This document shows, piece after piece, positions 12,618 through 31,861 of a stretch of 64,000 nucleotides of DNA. A model generated the notes under the pieces. It saw only the letters and a list, made by a program, of their open reading frames with translations, did not search any database and was not told the DNA's origin. This DNA comes from Epiperipatus broadwayi (Eukaryota; Animalia; Onychophora), in NCBI GenBank assembly GCA_028023455.1, contig JAQFVV010000001.1, positions 35,154,001 through 35,218,000 on the forward strand, read 5' to 3'. Numbering within the stretch: position 1 is the stretch's first letter; every line of letters begins with the position of its first letter. A program made the position numbers and the translations under genes.

Positions 12618-13720
12618 CTTTTATTGATTTGGTCAAGGCATTTGATTTAGTTAATTAAATAGATTTATGGAATTGTTTGAAATTAGTTGGTTGTCCACAA
12701 AACATTTATTATTATTATACAGCTTTTACATGATGGAGTGAAAGGAAAAGTTATTACTATAGGTGGAAAATCTGAGACATTTGAAATGGAAACATGTTAA
12801 ACAAGGATATCTATTTGCTCCAATACTGTTTCCAATTTTTATTGCAGTTGACTTTGGGATTATTTATAGATAGTTATATAAAACATGGATGAAGATGTGT
12901 GCAATTTTTAGTTTGGAATTAAAAAAAAAAATCAAGAACTTCTACTTCTTGGATCCTAGATCTATAATTTGCTGATCGTTATGCTATTTTTGCTAGCTTA
13001 AAAGCTGGTTTACAAACTCTGTTTAATGTTTTAAGTGCAACATTTAAAAACTTTAATATTTAATATTCATAAAAGTCAAGTTATTTATCATCTAGTGATA
13101 AAAGAAAAATTCACGGCAACTTTTAACTTAGATGATTAGCAACTTGAGAATGTAAACCAATTTAAATACATTGATAAATTTATGAATAAAATTGTGAACT
13201 TAGAATTGAAATTTAACTAGATTCCAATATCATGCTGCTTTTAACAAATTAAATATTGAATACTTCATCATAGAAAAATAATTGCTGCCATTAAATATCT
13301 GTTATTTTATCTAATATTGTATTAAAGTGAAACTTGTATATTCTATTGTTGCAATATAAATACATTAGAAAAGTATATTTTTAGAATGCTCTGCAAAATT
13401 TTAAAAATACAGTGGTATTAGTATAAAATCAATCAATATGTTCTTCAATTTTCTGGATGTAATATTATTACGTCCACTATTATAAAATCACATCTTCATT
13501 AGATTGGACATGCAAAGTGAAAACTCAATGTAGAACTTTTGAAAGGATATTTTATGATAAACATGAGCATGATTTTCATGGGAAAGCTATATCACATATA
13601 CATTAACTCAAATATATTTTAAAGAAGTGTAATGTTGGTTGTTTCCATTGGAAAATATAGAAGAAAGTTAAAAGTAAACATAGTGTTGAAGTATTTTAAA
13701 AAAAGTTTTATGCTGAAGAA
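12618..13720 (+). mobile_element. Decayed RTE-clade LINE, 3' half (RT), continuing 4950-6722
   Basis: AFIDLVKAFDLV, GCPQ..FI.IIQLLHDG, VKQGYLFAPILF; resumes where the 5' half stops (LYI|AFIDL). Confidence 0.75.
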
Positions 13721-14276
13721 ATGAAAAGATAGTATTTCAAAATAAATAGTAGAATAAATAAGCATGTTCTATATGTGAATGTATTTGTGATTTGCAGATT
13801 AGTTTCTGTAGTCATTGAAAAACTTACTTCTAGAATTGCTTTTTATCTTTCTTTTTCCTTGGCTTTGGAATAGCCATACTAACTTACAAGTGGTTTCTAT
13901 ATGTATGTATAATCTAAAACAATTCTGTCTTTGTGATTGATGAATTAATTGGATTGCTTTAGATATGTTATTTGTATGTTGTTCATTTCATCTGCACCAA
14001 TCTTTTACAATCAGAGCACACACATAGTTTTAAATAACAGGAAATAAATACAATAAATTGCTTTTATTCTTTATTGATTTTGCAGTGTTATAATAAAATT
14101 CTAAAATTAGAGGAATTTGAACTTAGGATTTTTCAGTCTATGCATTCTTCATTTCATCTTAAGCAACTGATACACACACATGACTACATCCATGTGGAAA
14201 AAACACATGATCATCAATATATAATATTTTGTGCAGAATCAGCATTCATCAGTTTGACCAGATAATAATCCCCCCC

Positions 14277-14392
<116 letters not shown>

Positions 14393-14682
14393 CAGGGCTC
14401 AGTTTATATTAAGATAGCAATTCATCAAACTTTAATAGACAGGCTTCTATCCTCTCATCTTTCCAACTATTCAACCATCCATCAATAATGGAATGAGTAA
14501 GATTACAATATCAAATAGAACAAGGATTTTGAGCATTCCATTGTTGGTTTTTTAATGAAATGGATGGTTGAATAGTTGGAAAGATGAGAGAATAAAAGCC
14601 TGTCTATTAAAGTTTGAGGAATTGCTATCTTAATATAAACTGAGCCCTGATTGCATATATGCATGGGAGAGTATGATCTGGC

Positions 14683-14724
14683 CCAACTGATGAGTGATAA
14701 TTCTGCATGAAATATGTATATTAG
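14683..14724 (+). ncRNA. Degenerate type I hammerhead motif (family B)
   Basis: CCAA-CTGATGA-GTG..CAT-GAAA-TATGTA-TA-TTAG. Confidence 0.55.
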
Positions 14725-15669
14725 AGATCAAGTATCTTGAGATGGTGTGAGGAATGAATAGACTGAAAAATCCTGAGTTCAAATCCCTCTAATTACACAT
14801 ATAGGAAATATTCAGTATAAGTAAAATTCTAAGCAAATTCTAAATAAATATATATTTTAAAGTATTTTACAAAAGTTGAATATTTACAATTACATAGCTT
14901 TAATCGTCTTTTTATTTTAATTCTCTGTTAATATTTTTTCTCATCATATTTCACAAATGGTAATGCTATTTGTTGTCCATCCTGTTCACATATTCTGTTG
15001 TGGGAGGTATATTATCCAGTTATAAAACAACTTGCTCACATTTTTCAAGTAATAATTTTATTTTGTGCTGTGTAAGTTGAACTTTGTAATTTCTTTTCTT
15101 GTTTTTTAAAATAAGTTTTATATTCTTTGAATAAATGCAAAAAATATTTTTTAACATTTTTCTAAAACAAGAGTATATGTTTTAGACTTAGATTTAATCT
15201 TTCATTAAGATAAGTTTATGATAGTATAATATCATGCAGAAGGTTGAAAATAAATTTCAAATATGATTAAGGGGATGTGAATGTTTTTTTAAATTTTTTA
15301 ATAATTTAAATATTGATTAATATGCCTAAAAATTTTATTTTTTCCCTCACTAGTTACATTTTTTTAAAAAATCTATTTTGCCTAAGAGTTTTTTTCTCAC
15401 TTGTTAATTTTTTTATTTTAAATCTATATATTTAACACTATTTTAAAAAGTACGGTTAAATTCATGTTGTAAATGTTTGTAGGGTAAGATTAGATGACTG
15501 AAGAATGAAAACCTGAATTTTGACATCCTTTTTATTAACTAACTTATAATATCATTGGCATAGCTAGCATTTTTGGGAAAAGTTTCAAAACAAACTCTTT
15601 ATTATTTATAACATTTATTTTAATATTTTTTTGAATATAAAAATATAATATTTAAATATATATATTGTC

Positions 15670-16025
15670 TACATTAAACAATGTAATTGTAAGGGCCTTA
15701 AACACGAACTTTCAAGCTACCTACATCTATCAAATCGGATCTTATACAACTGATACACATGACCACATACATGTCAAAATGATAAATGGTCTTAAATGAT
15801 TTCCAATATACGTATTTCGTGCTCAACCAGTACTCATCAGTTGGGCTAGATTACCATCTTCCACACATATATGCAATCAGTGCTCAGTATATACTAAGAT
15901 AGCAAATCTTTAAACTTTAATGGACAAGCTTCAATCTTTTTCACTCTACAACTCTTCAGCCATCCATTTCATTGAAAATCTGAGGATGGAATACTCAAAG
16001 TCCTTGTTGATGCCAATATTATTGT
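15670..16025 (-). mobile_element. Penelope-like terminal-repeat family B copy
   Basis: Reverse complement aligns with 14520-14760 and 16341-16540; contains the best-preserved hammerhead. Confidence 0.65.
15803..15844 (-). ncRNA. Minimal type I hammerhead ribozyme with intact core (predicted dimeric)
   Basis: Minus strand CCAA-CUGAUGA-GUAC-UGGUUGA-GCAC-GAAA-UACGUA-UA-UUGG. Stem I CCAA/UUGG, palindrome AUACGUAU, AUA triplet, predicted cleavage between 15807 and 15806. Confidence 0.8.
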
Positions 16026-16149
16026 CATACCCATGATGATCGTCCTCATACACAGGACCTTAATATGTCCATTTAATTATACAAAAGAGAGATGAGCAGA
16101 ATACAGGCTGAATACATAATATTTAAATATATATATTAACTATACTAAA

Positions 16150-16540
16150 CAATGTAATTACATCGACCTTGAACTCAAACTTTTAAGCTCCCTACAGCTA
16201 TTTAATGTATCTTATACAACTGATACACATACATGTGAAAAAGATAAATGATCTCCAGCACTCATAAGTTAGTCCAGATCACTATCTCCCACACATATAT
16301 ACAATCAATGCTCAGTTTATATTAAGATAGGAAAGATTTGCTATCTTAATATAAACTGAGCACTGATTGTATATATGTGTAAGAGATAGTGATCTGGATC
16401 AACTGATGAGTGCTGGTTTGGCATGAAATACATATATTGGAGATCATTTATCTTTTTCACATGTATGCGGTCATGTGTATCAGTTGTATAAGATAGATTG
16501 GTAGATGTAGGGAGCTTGAAAGTTTGAGTGCAAGGCCCTT
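16150..16540. mobile_element. Family B fold-back pair
   Basis: Arms ~16168-16330 / 16341-16535 around the 10-nt loop gaaagatttg; the left-arm hammerhead is partly deleted. Confidence 0.7.
16399..16440 (+). ncRNA. Type I hammerhead motif (family B)
   Basis: TCAA-CTGATGA-GTGC-TGGTTTG-GCAT-GAAA-TACATA-TA-TTGG; the palindrome is broken by a CG>CA change. Confidence 0.7.
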
Positions 16541-16940
16541 ATTATATATATAAGTTTATAAATCTCAGGGTTTAAAATATTTACTTTGTACATGTAAATA
16601 AGCATTTATTTTATATAGCGCATGCTTATAAATTGTAATACATTAAAGATGGTGATTTAGGTGCTTGATTTTATGTAGAAATCGTATAATTTTAGTCCAA
16701 TTAAATTGACTCTGTTTATTAAATGGAAATTGTATTATTAATGAAAACAAAGAATTTCCCCAAATATATATTTTGCTACAGCAGTTTTAATATGCTTCAT
16801 TCCATTCATCATAGTTGGTAATTTATTACTGAGAATTAATTTTAAATGTTTTCTTTTTCAATTTGTTTTTTTAATCTCATCAAATTTTTCAAAATTTTTA
16901 GACGGTCATTATACTTTTATTAAATTTATAATACTATATT

Positions 16941-17106
16941 AACTCAGACTTTCACACGACCCACAACTTTCAGTACTATCTTATATTTCTGACCCACCTG
17001 ATCACACACATGTTGAAAAGATAAATAATGTATGTGATCAGGTGGGTCAGCAATATAAGATGGCACTGAGAGTTGTGGGTCATGTAAAAGTCTGAGTTCG
17101 AATCCC
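16941..17106. repeat. Fold-back hairpin of a family-B-related segment ending in a Pol III B-box-like motif
   Basis: Arms 16941-17011 / 17028-17098; GAGTTCGAATCCC at 17094-17106. Confidence 0.75.
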
Positions 17107-17914
17107 ACATATATTACATATATAAATGCAGGTGTAAGCCTGTACAATGTATTAATACTGTATATAGTAAACATTATTCAAAAAAAGAAAAGGGCATTTA
17201 TTTTTAGTGTAGCTTAAGGTATGTATAAAATCTGATGACTACATTTTATTTCATATAAAAGCTGATCAAAATTAATAAGAATTCTAATTTATTCAAAACT
17301 GTTACTAAAAGTTCTGGCATTGAATGATCTCGAATTTCTCTGCCTATATAAGTTTCCAAATTCTTGTGTATGGACACACTCTAAAGCATTGCATGTTCAC
17401 ACAAAAAAAATGAAATTCAGAAAAATTGGAAATTAGTTACAATCTTCTTAATTTATATAGAGTCATGATATTCACATACACATCAAATGAAATTTAATAT
17501 GACTCTTTTTTGTACTTTTTACACATCAGTAGCTATACTCCTATTTGAGTCTGTTGTTAAGATAGTTCTTTAAAAAACCATACAGAAATGCAGTCAACGT
17601 TAGCTATTTAATCTTCATTTATCCTAAAGTATAATTTGAATGAAGACTAGTTAGTTTTTCCGTAAGACATTGGCATTTGGTGTGCATAATTTACTTTTAT
17701 ATCACTTCTCTTTTACTTTCTTTGCATTCTTCTTATATACATATATATTACTTTATTAGAAAAATAAAGATGGAATTATATATAAAAAATTGCATGCAAG
17801 TGTGTAAAAGAAGAGTTACAATAAAGTAATACATAATTTACATTCTTTCTAATCTTGAAACATTATAAAAAGCTGCCACTTCCATATATATAAATGAATA
17901 AAAAAAATAATGTG

Positions 17915-17916
<2 letters not shown>

Positions 17917-17992
<76 letters not shown>
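17917..17992. repeat. (TA)n microsatellite
   Basis: Direct reading. Confidence 0.97.
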
Positions 17993-17994
<2 letters not shown>

Positions 17995-19308
17995 TTTGCT
18001 ACATCTCATAAAGGAGGGGGATTTCAGCAACAATTTCTTTGTAAATTAATTTAAAAATTTTGCCAATTTTTATTTATTATGTGTTGTAACAGTGTGCTAT
18101 GCACACATGCACAAATTGACAAAATAATTCTGTTTAATGTATTTTTTTTCAAAAAAATAAACTTTCTAAATAAATTAATTATCTTATGTATAAGATTATT
18201 TTAAAACTTTGTAGAACAATTTTAATTTGTCATAAAAAAAATTTAAGAGTTAAGATTGTTTAGATAAGACATGTAATGAAAGTAATTACTATGAAATGTA
18301 AAAATAATTAAAAATCTGGCTTATTTTTGAAATAATTATAGGAACATCTTAATTTTAAAAAATTGGATATTTTGAGCTGGTAATTTTGGAAATTCTAAAA
18401 AATTTGTGTGGAGAACAATAGAAGGGATGGATATAAGAGCTTCCCAAAATCTATTGTTTTATTCAAGCTATTCAAGCAATTCAGAAGATTCCAATTAGAA
18501 AACATTCAAACAAGACTGAAGATTCAGAAAGCTATACAAGCTATTGAAAAACTATTTATTCATTAGATGTGTTCCTTCAGTTTTCTACATTAAGTCAAAA
18601 TCATATTTCCAATTCTGGGACCCTTCATTCTGTGCAACAAACTACTCTTCTTACTAGTTCTCTCAGCAAAATAATAGATTCCCACCAACAATTTGGACAA
18701 GTGGCTGACAATTAAAAAAAGAGAAAAAACAAATTTCTATAGTGGTGTTTTTCAAAAATATGCTGGCTAGGCACTTTACCAAGATGAACTTTATGCTCTA
18801 AGTTAAATCTTTATCCTCCAACATGTTTTGAAATCATAAACCTTAAAAAACTAACCTCTTAAAGCCAACTTACCAAGAAGACTCTCAACTGCCCACCCAG
18901 ACAATTACCAAGATAACTACCTCTTCAATATATTGTGGAAGCTAAAGCAACAACCATGAAAGACCTATTGGTAATATAAACTTTTATCTACCTTAAAAAT
19001 AAGCCAGGGGTTGCTATTAGTGTTTTTTGCATATGTACATTATGTTTTATTATTATTAACTTAATAAAAGATTTAATGAGTTTAAAGTTATAAGCATTTC
19101 TACACTGATTCATTGAAATTAAAATTTATTTTGTCTTCTTTTTAAAATTGTGAGAAAACCAAAAGGATGACATGTTAACAAATACAATCATTCTCTGCAG
19201 CTTGAGTTCCCTGTTAAAATGGCATATGACATGTTAAAATCGGTCAAAATTTCAATTTTTAATTAATATTTTTATTAATAAGTTCATTTAATTTTTTTTT
19301 CTGTTCAG

Positions 19309-19757
19309 TTTACTAGATTGCATGAAGAAGACATTGGCACAATTTTGATATTGGCCAGACTTTTTAATAAAATGGATTCAACATTTCTTGCCTATTTTAA
19401 TTTCAAAGCCTTCATTCTGAAAATAAACATAATATTGTTTGTAAGTATTCAAATTTAATTATTTTATTATTTGAATATTATTATTTTTTATTATTATTTG
19501 AAAAATGTATAATTTATTAATGTGTTTGCATTTGTATTAGTGTGTCTGTGTAATATATAAATCATACTTGTATTCAAATTCAAATATAATGAAAGTAGTG
19601 ATTTATGCATAATGTAATTTGGGGGCTCTAATCAAAGTTGAGGCAACCTTATTTTATAAACATAATGATGCTCAAAAGGTTTAATAATGTATTAATGTGT
19701 TTATATTTGTATTAGTGTGTTTGTACTTGCATGTCTGTGTTTATATAACAATTAATG

Positions 19758-19829
<72 letters not shown>

Positions 19830-20505
19830 TTAAAGTATTATAGAACAGTGCGATGCAAATTTTAAGACTGATTATCAGCTGTACAGAAAGATTGCAGTTG
19901 ATAAAGCAATCACAAAATTTACTGGGCATAGTACCATATAAAAATATAAACTCTTAAAATCAATTAAGAGAGGTTTCAAGTGGTGTATGTGGTGATAGCC
20001 ACACTGGTTATGTATATCACATGAAATTGTATGGATGCAAAGAATCAAATCCTGATTCTTGCCTATGCTTTGCTACTCATGATGTAGACTAATAATTTTG
20101 CCACATCTTCCATCACACTATTTTCAAGTCTATAGTTAGCAAATGAGCTATATGTAAATAAATTATATCTTTGGACAATAAATATAACAAGACAGCATCA
20201 CTGGTGTGCACAAAACATATAAACATCATTGGTGTTCACAAAAAATATAAAATGAAGAGAGGAAACTCATTTTATCATTGATATAGACAGTAGCCTACAA
20301 TTCTAATTTTGTATAGACAAAAAGCCAATTGTTATGATGAAAAATGCATATGCACCTCCAGGAAATGATTTACTTTGTATCTTTTATTAAGATGAATCAT
20401 TTTTTTATAGATACCTTGAGATTTTTTAACTTTTGGACTGCAAGTGAAAAATGAAGAATTTTTATGTTACTAATTTTTTAAGTTCTGAAGCCATGAATTA
20501 TCTCA
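19309..20505 (+). mobile_element. Decayed piggyBac (PGBD4-like) transposase remnant
   Basis: From ~19845: NFKTDYQLYRKIAVDKAITKFTGHSTI.KYK.LKSIKRGFK.....HTGYVYHMKLYG, matching the piggyBac xSIDE..KG....KQY...KP.KRG.K....D..TGY block; later DKKPIVMM. The upstream piece FNKM..FLA..LHSEN resembles MSRNRF..LHFxDN. No TIRs found. Confidence 0.7.
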
Positions 20506-21879
20506 GGTAAGAAGTATTATATATAGTTTGAATGAAAATTTTGTGAGAAATTCAAAGAAAGTATCAATGAAGATGTAATTTTAAACTTAATCAATAATAA
20601 ATTAGTATTTATGAATAAATAATAGAGTAATAATTTTTTCAGATGTTTCTAATGCATGATGGTTAATCCAGTATAATATATATATATTGTACCACTAATG
20701 ATAGCACTCCATGAAAAATTGTTAGTTACAATTATTAAAAGTAAAAATTTTCATAAATAACACCAAGGTTTTAAAAGTAATTAATAAATAATAAAATTAT
20801 TGCAGAATAATTTTGTCCATAAATAACTGAAGAAAAACATCTCATTTGAAAATAAATAAATTTATAGAAGTCTGAAGATTTTTTATTCTTTATTAGTTTA
20901 AAACAAAATACGGTTTGCTAAAAGTCAATTCATTCATAGTTTTACATATTAAAAAGTAATTGAAAGGGGGAGAGAAGTTAACTTAGAAAAGTTAAAGGTA
21001 GTTGAATTTCAAGTAATTAAAAGTTAAAGTTATTTGTTTAAAAATTAAAGCTATAGTAGTTTAAAAATAAATCTTTTACATAAAAATATCTCTTTCAATT
21101 TAAATTAAAGAAAAAAAAATCTCTTCTCATTTATTTAAAATAAATGAGATTGTAAATAATGAATTGATTTTAAATATAAAGAAATATAGTAAAATATGTG
21201 CATGTTAATAAAATAGAATATGAGAGTTGAATATAAAAAAAAAGGAAAGTATATAAGTTAAAAATGTCTCTCAAAAATATTGCAAATACTCAGAAGCTAC
21301 ATAAAATAAATGAATTAGCAATGGCTACTAATTAAAGAATTCATAAACAACAGGAATTAGCAATACCTACTAATTAAAAACAGGATTAATTAAATAGTTA
21401 AAATCATATCAAAAATTTAATCAAAAGTAGTGGACAAAGGTTCAACAATGGATATAGCTGCTGGGTATAGAAACTGATTTTAAAAAATGACAACAGGTCA
21501 TCACATAAATAATCAGTTTTTCATCATTCAATCAGTTTTACAATCAGTCTTCAGTCATATCCAGAGTCAATATTTTTTATGTATCTAAAGACAATGTAGT
21601 GTTAGCAGTCATCTGAGGCATACAGCCAGACTCCAGCCTCAGTCCAATGGAATATCAGCTACCTGCCTGATAAAAGTGATGTCTGCCTAATAATTTAAAG
21701 CTGCCAGAGATATTAACTGTCTTGAATAATAGTATCATGAAATAGCAGTCATAGGAAACTCCATAGAAGCCTAAAATCCAACTGGTTGGTAAAAATTCAC
21801 ATGAAGCCGCAAACAGCAAGAAGTCAACATCCAAAATGCTATAGGTAATAAATAACATTTTTTATTTCATTTCTGATAA

Positions 21880-24800
21880 TATATAGTGTTTATATAAGGG
21901 ATTAGAGTTTTTGTTAACTGAAAGAAGACTCTTTGATTACTATTTGAGGTCTTAAAAGAATTGATCAGAACAAATTCCTAATGTTTATTTCATCTGTTAT
22001 TATCATAAAACTGCTATTACTATATATTATTCATATGATAAATAAACATGAAGGAGCTTTTCATTGACATGCATTGACCATCAGTGCAATGAGTTCACTG
22101 ACTTTTTAATCTCAAAGTTTAATACCATAAACCCCCATGGTGTTTCTTGTCAGAAGTCCAATAGATTTTATCTAAAAAAACAATTGAGTATTTTTTTTGA
22201 TGGCAAAATGAGTATGGGTGTGAATGATCATGATAGACAAAACTAAATTATGGATCTTATTCTCATGTAGTTCAAAAGTCATTAGCTAAGGTAGTCACTG
22301 CAAACAAGCCAGAGAGTGCCAATTCCTCATTGCAGATCCAGATAAAACCCTTTTCAAATAAAGTAATATATATGAATTGAAAACTATTTAATAATAATAT
22401 TAAATAGAACATAGATGGACCTTATAAAATTAAAAAAAAAGATGAAAAGACAATCGTTATAAAAAATGAACATGTACGTTACTTATAAAAACATAAATAT
22501 CAGAAGAACAAATAGAGTGAGATTCATTATAATTATAAAGTAAAATAACAATATTGTAGAGTTTGTATATAAGATAGAATAACAAGATTAATTATTTAAC
22601 TTAATGGAAAATATCAAGTGCAGATAATTAAGATAATTCTTACAAAAAAGTAGAAGATTTTTATATTGATATACAAAATGATTTTGATCATATCAAACAA
22701 TATTTTAAAATTATCATAAGAAATTTTAATGCTACAATTGGAAAATGATTGGAAAATAAAAGTGTTGTGGACAAATTTGGTTATGGCAACAGAAATGAAA
22801 GAGGACATAGACTTGTGAAATTTTCAAAAAAAGAGAAAAATTCTATATCATAAATTATTTGAAAACATGTTAAATAAAAACATTCAAATGAAGATATATC
22901 AGAATTGGATTATAATTTGATTAATAGAAAATATGAATTTCAAGATTGTAATATTTTTAATAGATTTAATACAGTTTTAAGACACATGATAATGCAGCAG
23001 TAGAAAGATGAAAATGATTACAAAGTGCAATATTAGCAGTAAATATTTTTCCCTTTAGAAATATTCCAGTGAATTTAAATTAGAAGTTGCTAATCATTAT
23101 AAAATATTAATAGACTTTAAAGATGGTTGAGACATAATTGATATCAATTAAAAGATAACTGATGCTCTACTTAGAACTGTGAAAAAATAGATAGAACAAC
23201 AACTACAGCAACAAAACAATTCATCTGTAAAATTTCAATTCAGGCACACAAAAAAATGCATAAAAGAAGGATTATGAAAATATTTTAAATTTATCTATTG
23301 AGAAAAATAGATTTCTGGAATTCTGAAAAATAGTTTGAAAAAGAACTAATAATTGGATAAAAAATGTAACTATGAATTGGCAAGAAAGCTATACAAGAGG
23401 AGAATAAAAGTATCAGAAATATAAAAAAATATCTTGGTATTTAAAAGAAAATTGTTTGATCAATTTTTAAAAGAGAGACAATAGTAAGAAAACAAAGTAA
23501 CTCCTACAATTACATCTTATGAATTGACAGTAAATAAAGAAAATATTACATAGGTCCATCAAGATTCTATCTGTTCTATATAAGATTTTTTACCAAGGTA
23601 ATTTCAGTTCACCTACAGTGAACATTGGATTCAAATCAATCAAAGAAATATGGCTGGATTTTAAATGGTTTTAACACATAAGTCATATCCAAGTCCTGAA
23701 ATAAGTTATAGGAAAAACATTAAAATATTACATGATCAAGCAATAAATATGAGTTGACTTTATGTTTTGGATTTGCAATTTGAAAAGGCATTTCTATAAA
23801 AATTTTAAATGTCGTAAATGCTTTGGACTATTAAGGCATAGGCAGAAATATTGTTATGTTTTGAAAAATATTTGTCAAAATGCATTAGATTACATGGTTA
23901 CACTAAAAAAAATTAATAAAAGTAAATATATACAACAGTGTGATTCCACATTTGTCAAACTGTTTGTAGCAGTTTCACAATAAGTATTTTGTGGATTAAA
24001 ATATGAAGCTAAGAGGTTATATTTTTACCTTCTTAGCTTCATATTTTAATCTACAAAATCATGCATAGGTTATCTAGATTTTGCAAATGATGTAGTAGTT
24101 ATTTTTAAATAATGCTCTAAAGCTTCAAGAATTATTGCAAGAACTTTCATATGAAAGTAAAAAGTAGAACCAAAGATAAATTAATGTTCAAAAATTTTTT
24201 TAGAAAAAAAAAAATACTGATAAGGATTAATTAAAACAAGACATAACTACAAATAGCTTAACTAATTATTAATGCAGATAGAAACATAATTGATTAATTC
24301 AGTCACAGAAATTAATTTGAATGTAATGCTTTTTAGTAAAAATAATATTAAAAGAAAATATACTTACATATTTGAAAAAAAAAAAGCTTTCAATAGAATT
24401 GTTTTACCAGTTCTTTTATATAGATCTGAGATTTGAGCACAAGTAAGAGCAATATAGAACTATAAACCACTGAGTAAAGTATGACGATATGCATCTTGGG
24501 ACTAACAAGAATAGATATAGATTAAAAAGAACTACATGAATGAGAAAACAAACAGATATCATTGCCATCTTTGCAAGGTTTGAAACTGACATGGAGCTGG
24601 AATGGACATATTGTTAAAAGAAATGATAATGGACCGAAAGTTTAATCTTAAATTAAATCCAAAAAAATGTAAAAAACTTTTAAAAACATATATTTGAGAT
24701 GGATATATTTTACTGGGATAACATGGAAGAAAAAACTATGAATCAGAAAAACTTCATTAAACTTGGAGAGTTTTTTATCTTATGCTGTAATTGATAATGT
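21880..24800 (+). mobile_element. Decayed near-full-length RTE-clade LINE
   Basis: EDFY.DIQ..., KFGYGNRNERGHRLV, FEKAF, LDFANDVV, IVLPVLLY.SE, W.WNGHIV motifs, all interrupted by stops. Confidence 0.75.
23990..24055. repeat. Short fold-back inverted repeat inside the RTE remnant
   Basis: 25-bp arms 23990-24014 / 24031-24055 with one mismatch. Confidence 0.85.
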
Positions 24801-24984
24801 TTGAAAGTGTATATAAATGCATCTTGGGAATCATTTGTCTTTTATTGTACCTTTATTTATATGAATTTAAAAAAAATGGAGAAGTATGGAGGATGTTTAA
24901 TATATCTATAAATATATTACACATGGGAAAGAGAAAGGTGAATAACTCCATGTGTGTGTATGTTTAAAATTAAAAAATCAGATA

Positions 24985-25150
24985 TATTAATCTTTAACTG
25001 AGGATTAAAGTTTATATCTGTGCTATCATTTGTAGTTTAGAAAATGATTAGTAACATTCATTATTGTATTTATCTGAGGTGGATGGTGTCAAAGTTGTGA
25101 GTGGAGTAAGTTTGACAGTTGTAAATAAAAATGTAATAATTGATGTATAG
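24985..25150 (+). mobile_element. Fragment of repeat family D (probable PLE coding piece)
   Basis: tggatggtgtcaaagttgtgagtggagtaagtttgac also occurs at ~53595-53700 and 54800-55060, next to a GIY-YIG-like region. Confidence 0.5.
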
Positions 25151-25193
25151 ATATTAACGTATTTTCCACTTTTATCATGTGGATATTTTTTTA

Positions 25194-30493
<5,300 letters not shown>

Positions 30494-30514
30494 TTAATAT
30501 TTTTATTAAAATAC

Positions 30515-31162
30515 ATTTGTTTAAAACACTTGTACTTCCCATAATGGAATATGGCTCAAAAATATAGAACTTGAATAAGTTATCTCATATAGATAAATTG
30601 CAATCAATATACAATAAATTCAGTAATATAATTAATGCAAAAGATGTTTGTATAAATTTGTTTCATAGAAGAGTGATTCGTGATATGAAATTTTTTTATT
30701 TAATCATTCATGGAAAAATTTATTTACATAATTGTATTTCAAAGTTATTAATAAGAGTTCCTCATGTATATACACTTGGAATAAGGATTTATTTAGTATC
30801 GATAAATATAAATGTGAAACTTTATATTTAGCAGCATTATATAGATTACCAAATTTTTATAATATAATGATATTGATATATTTTTAATAGATCTAAAGAC
30901 ATTTGTTAAGGAAACAACAATTACTTTGTCAAATATTTAAGGTTACTCTCTATATATAATCAGATTGGGAGTAACATTAATTTTTGTGATATTTTTAATT
31001 TTAAATATTGTTTTTAATTTTAAATATTGTTTTATTATGTAAACATTTATATTTTCATTTTCATTTTATGTCATATGTATTATCTTCCTTTTTATTGTAA
31101 TGTGCAAATTGTAATTGGCTTTATGCTGTTGTTTAGCACTTAAATAAATAAAATTGAATTGA
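30515..31162 (+). mobile_element. Short 3' fragment of a CR1-like LINE
   Basis: FKTLVLPIMEYGS.I.N motif; ends aattgaattgaa followed by (TTA)n. Confidence 0.65.
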
Positions 31163-31355
<193 letters not shown>

Positions 31356-31861
31356 TTCAAAGGCATTTTATTAACTCAAAGAAACTTTACCTTGTTTGCA
31401 TGTTTTACATTGTGTTACATTGAATTATTTAGCACCATTACATATATTAATTTGCTCCAGAAATGGATGTTTTAACTGAAAAAACATTGTCCATTATTAG
31501 TTAGTTCATTTAGTTGTAAGAGTTTTATTTCAAATGAGAATATATTCCATCTGATTATAGATATCTAAGCGAGAACATAGTTCCTTGTCTTTATGTTGTG
31601 TGCAGTTTCTTCCAATTATAAACCACTGTAATTGTGTATGGTCCAATTTTAATTGATTGCTCATTATTTCTTGCATGTCACTATAGTTCATTATAATGTC
31701 TCTCTTTTTAATTAAATTGATAAAAAGTTTATGAATTTCACTGATATTGGTTTAACTGAGTGTGTAATATACTCACAACATTGATGGCTGTTTTAACAGA
31801 TACCAAGTTGCTTCATATAAAAGTGGATAGGTAATTAGCCTATTTTTATTTTGAATGCATG

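Noticed and set aside
17300-17420. Minus-strand ETYIGRE resembling GIY-YIG
   Set aside because: A single short motif without supporting context.
18400-19020. Possible LINE RNase H/C-terminal remnant
   Set aside because: Motif similarity too weak to assign.
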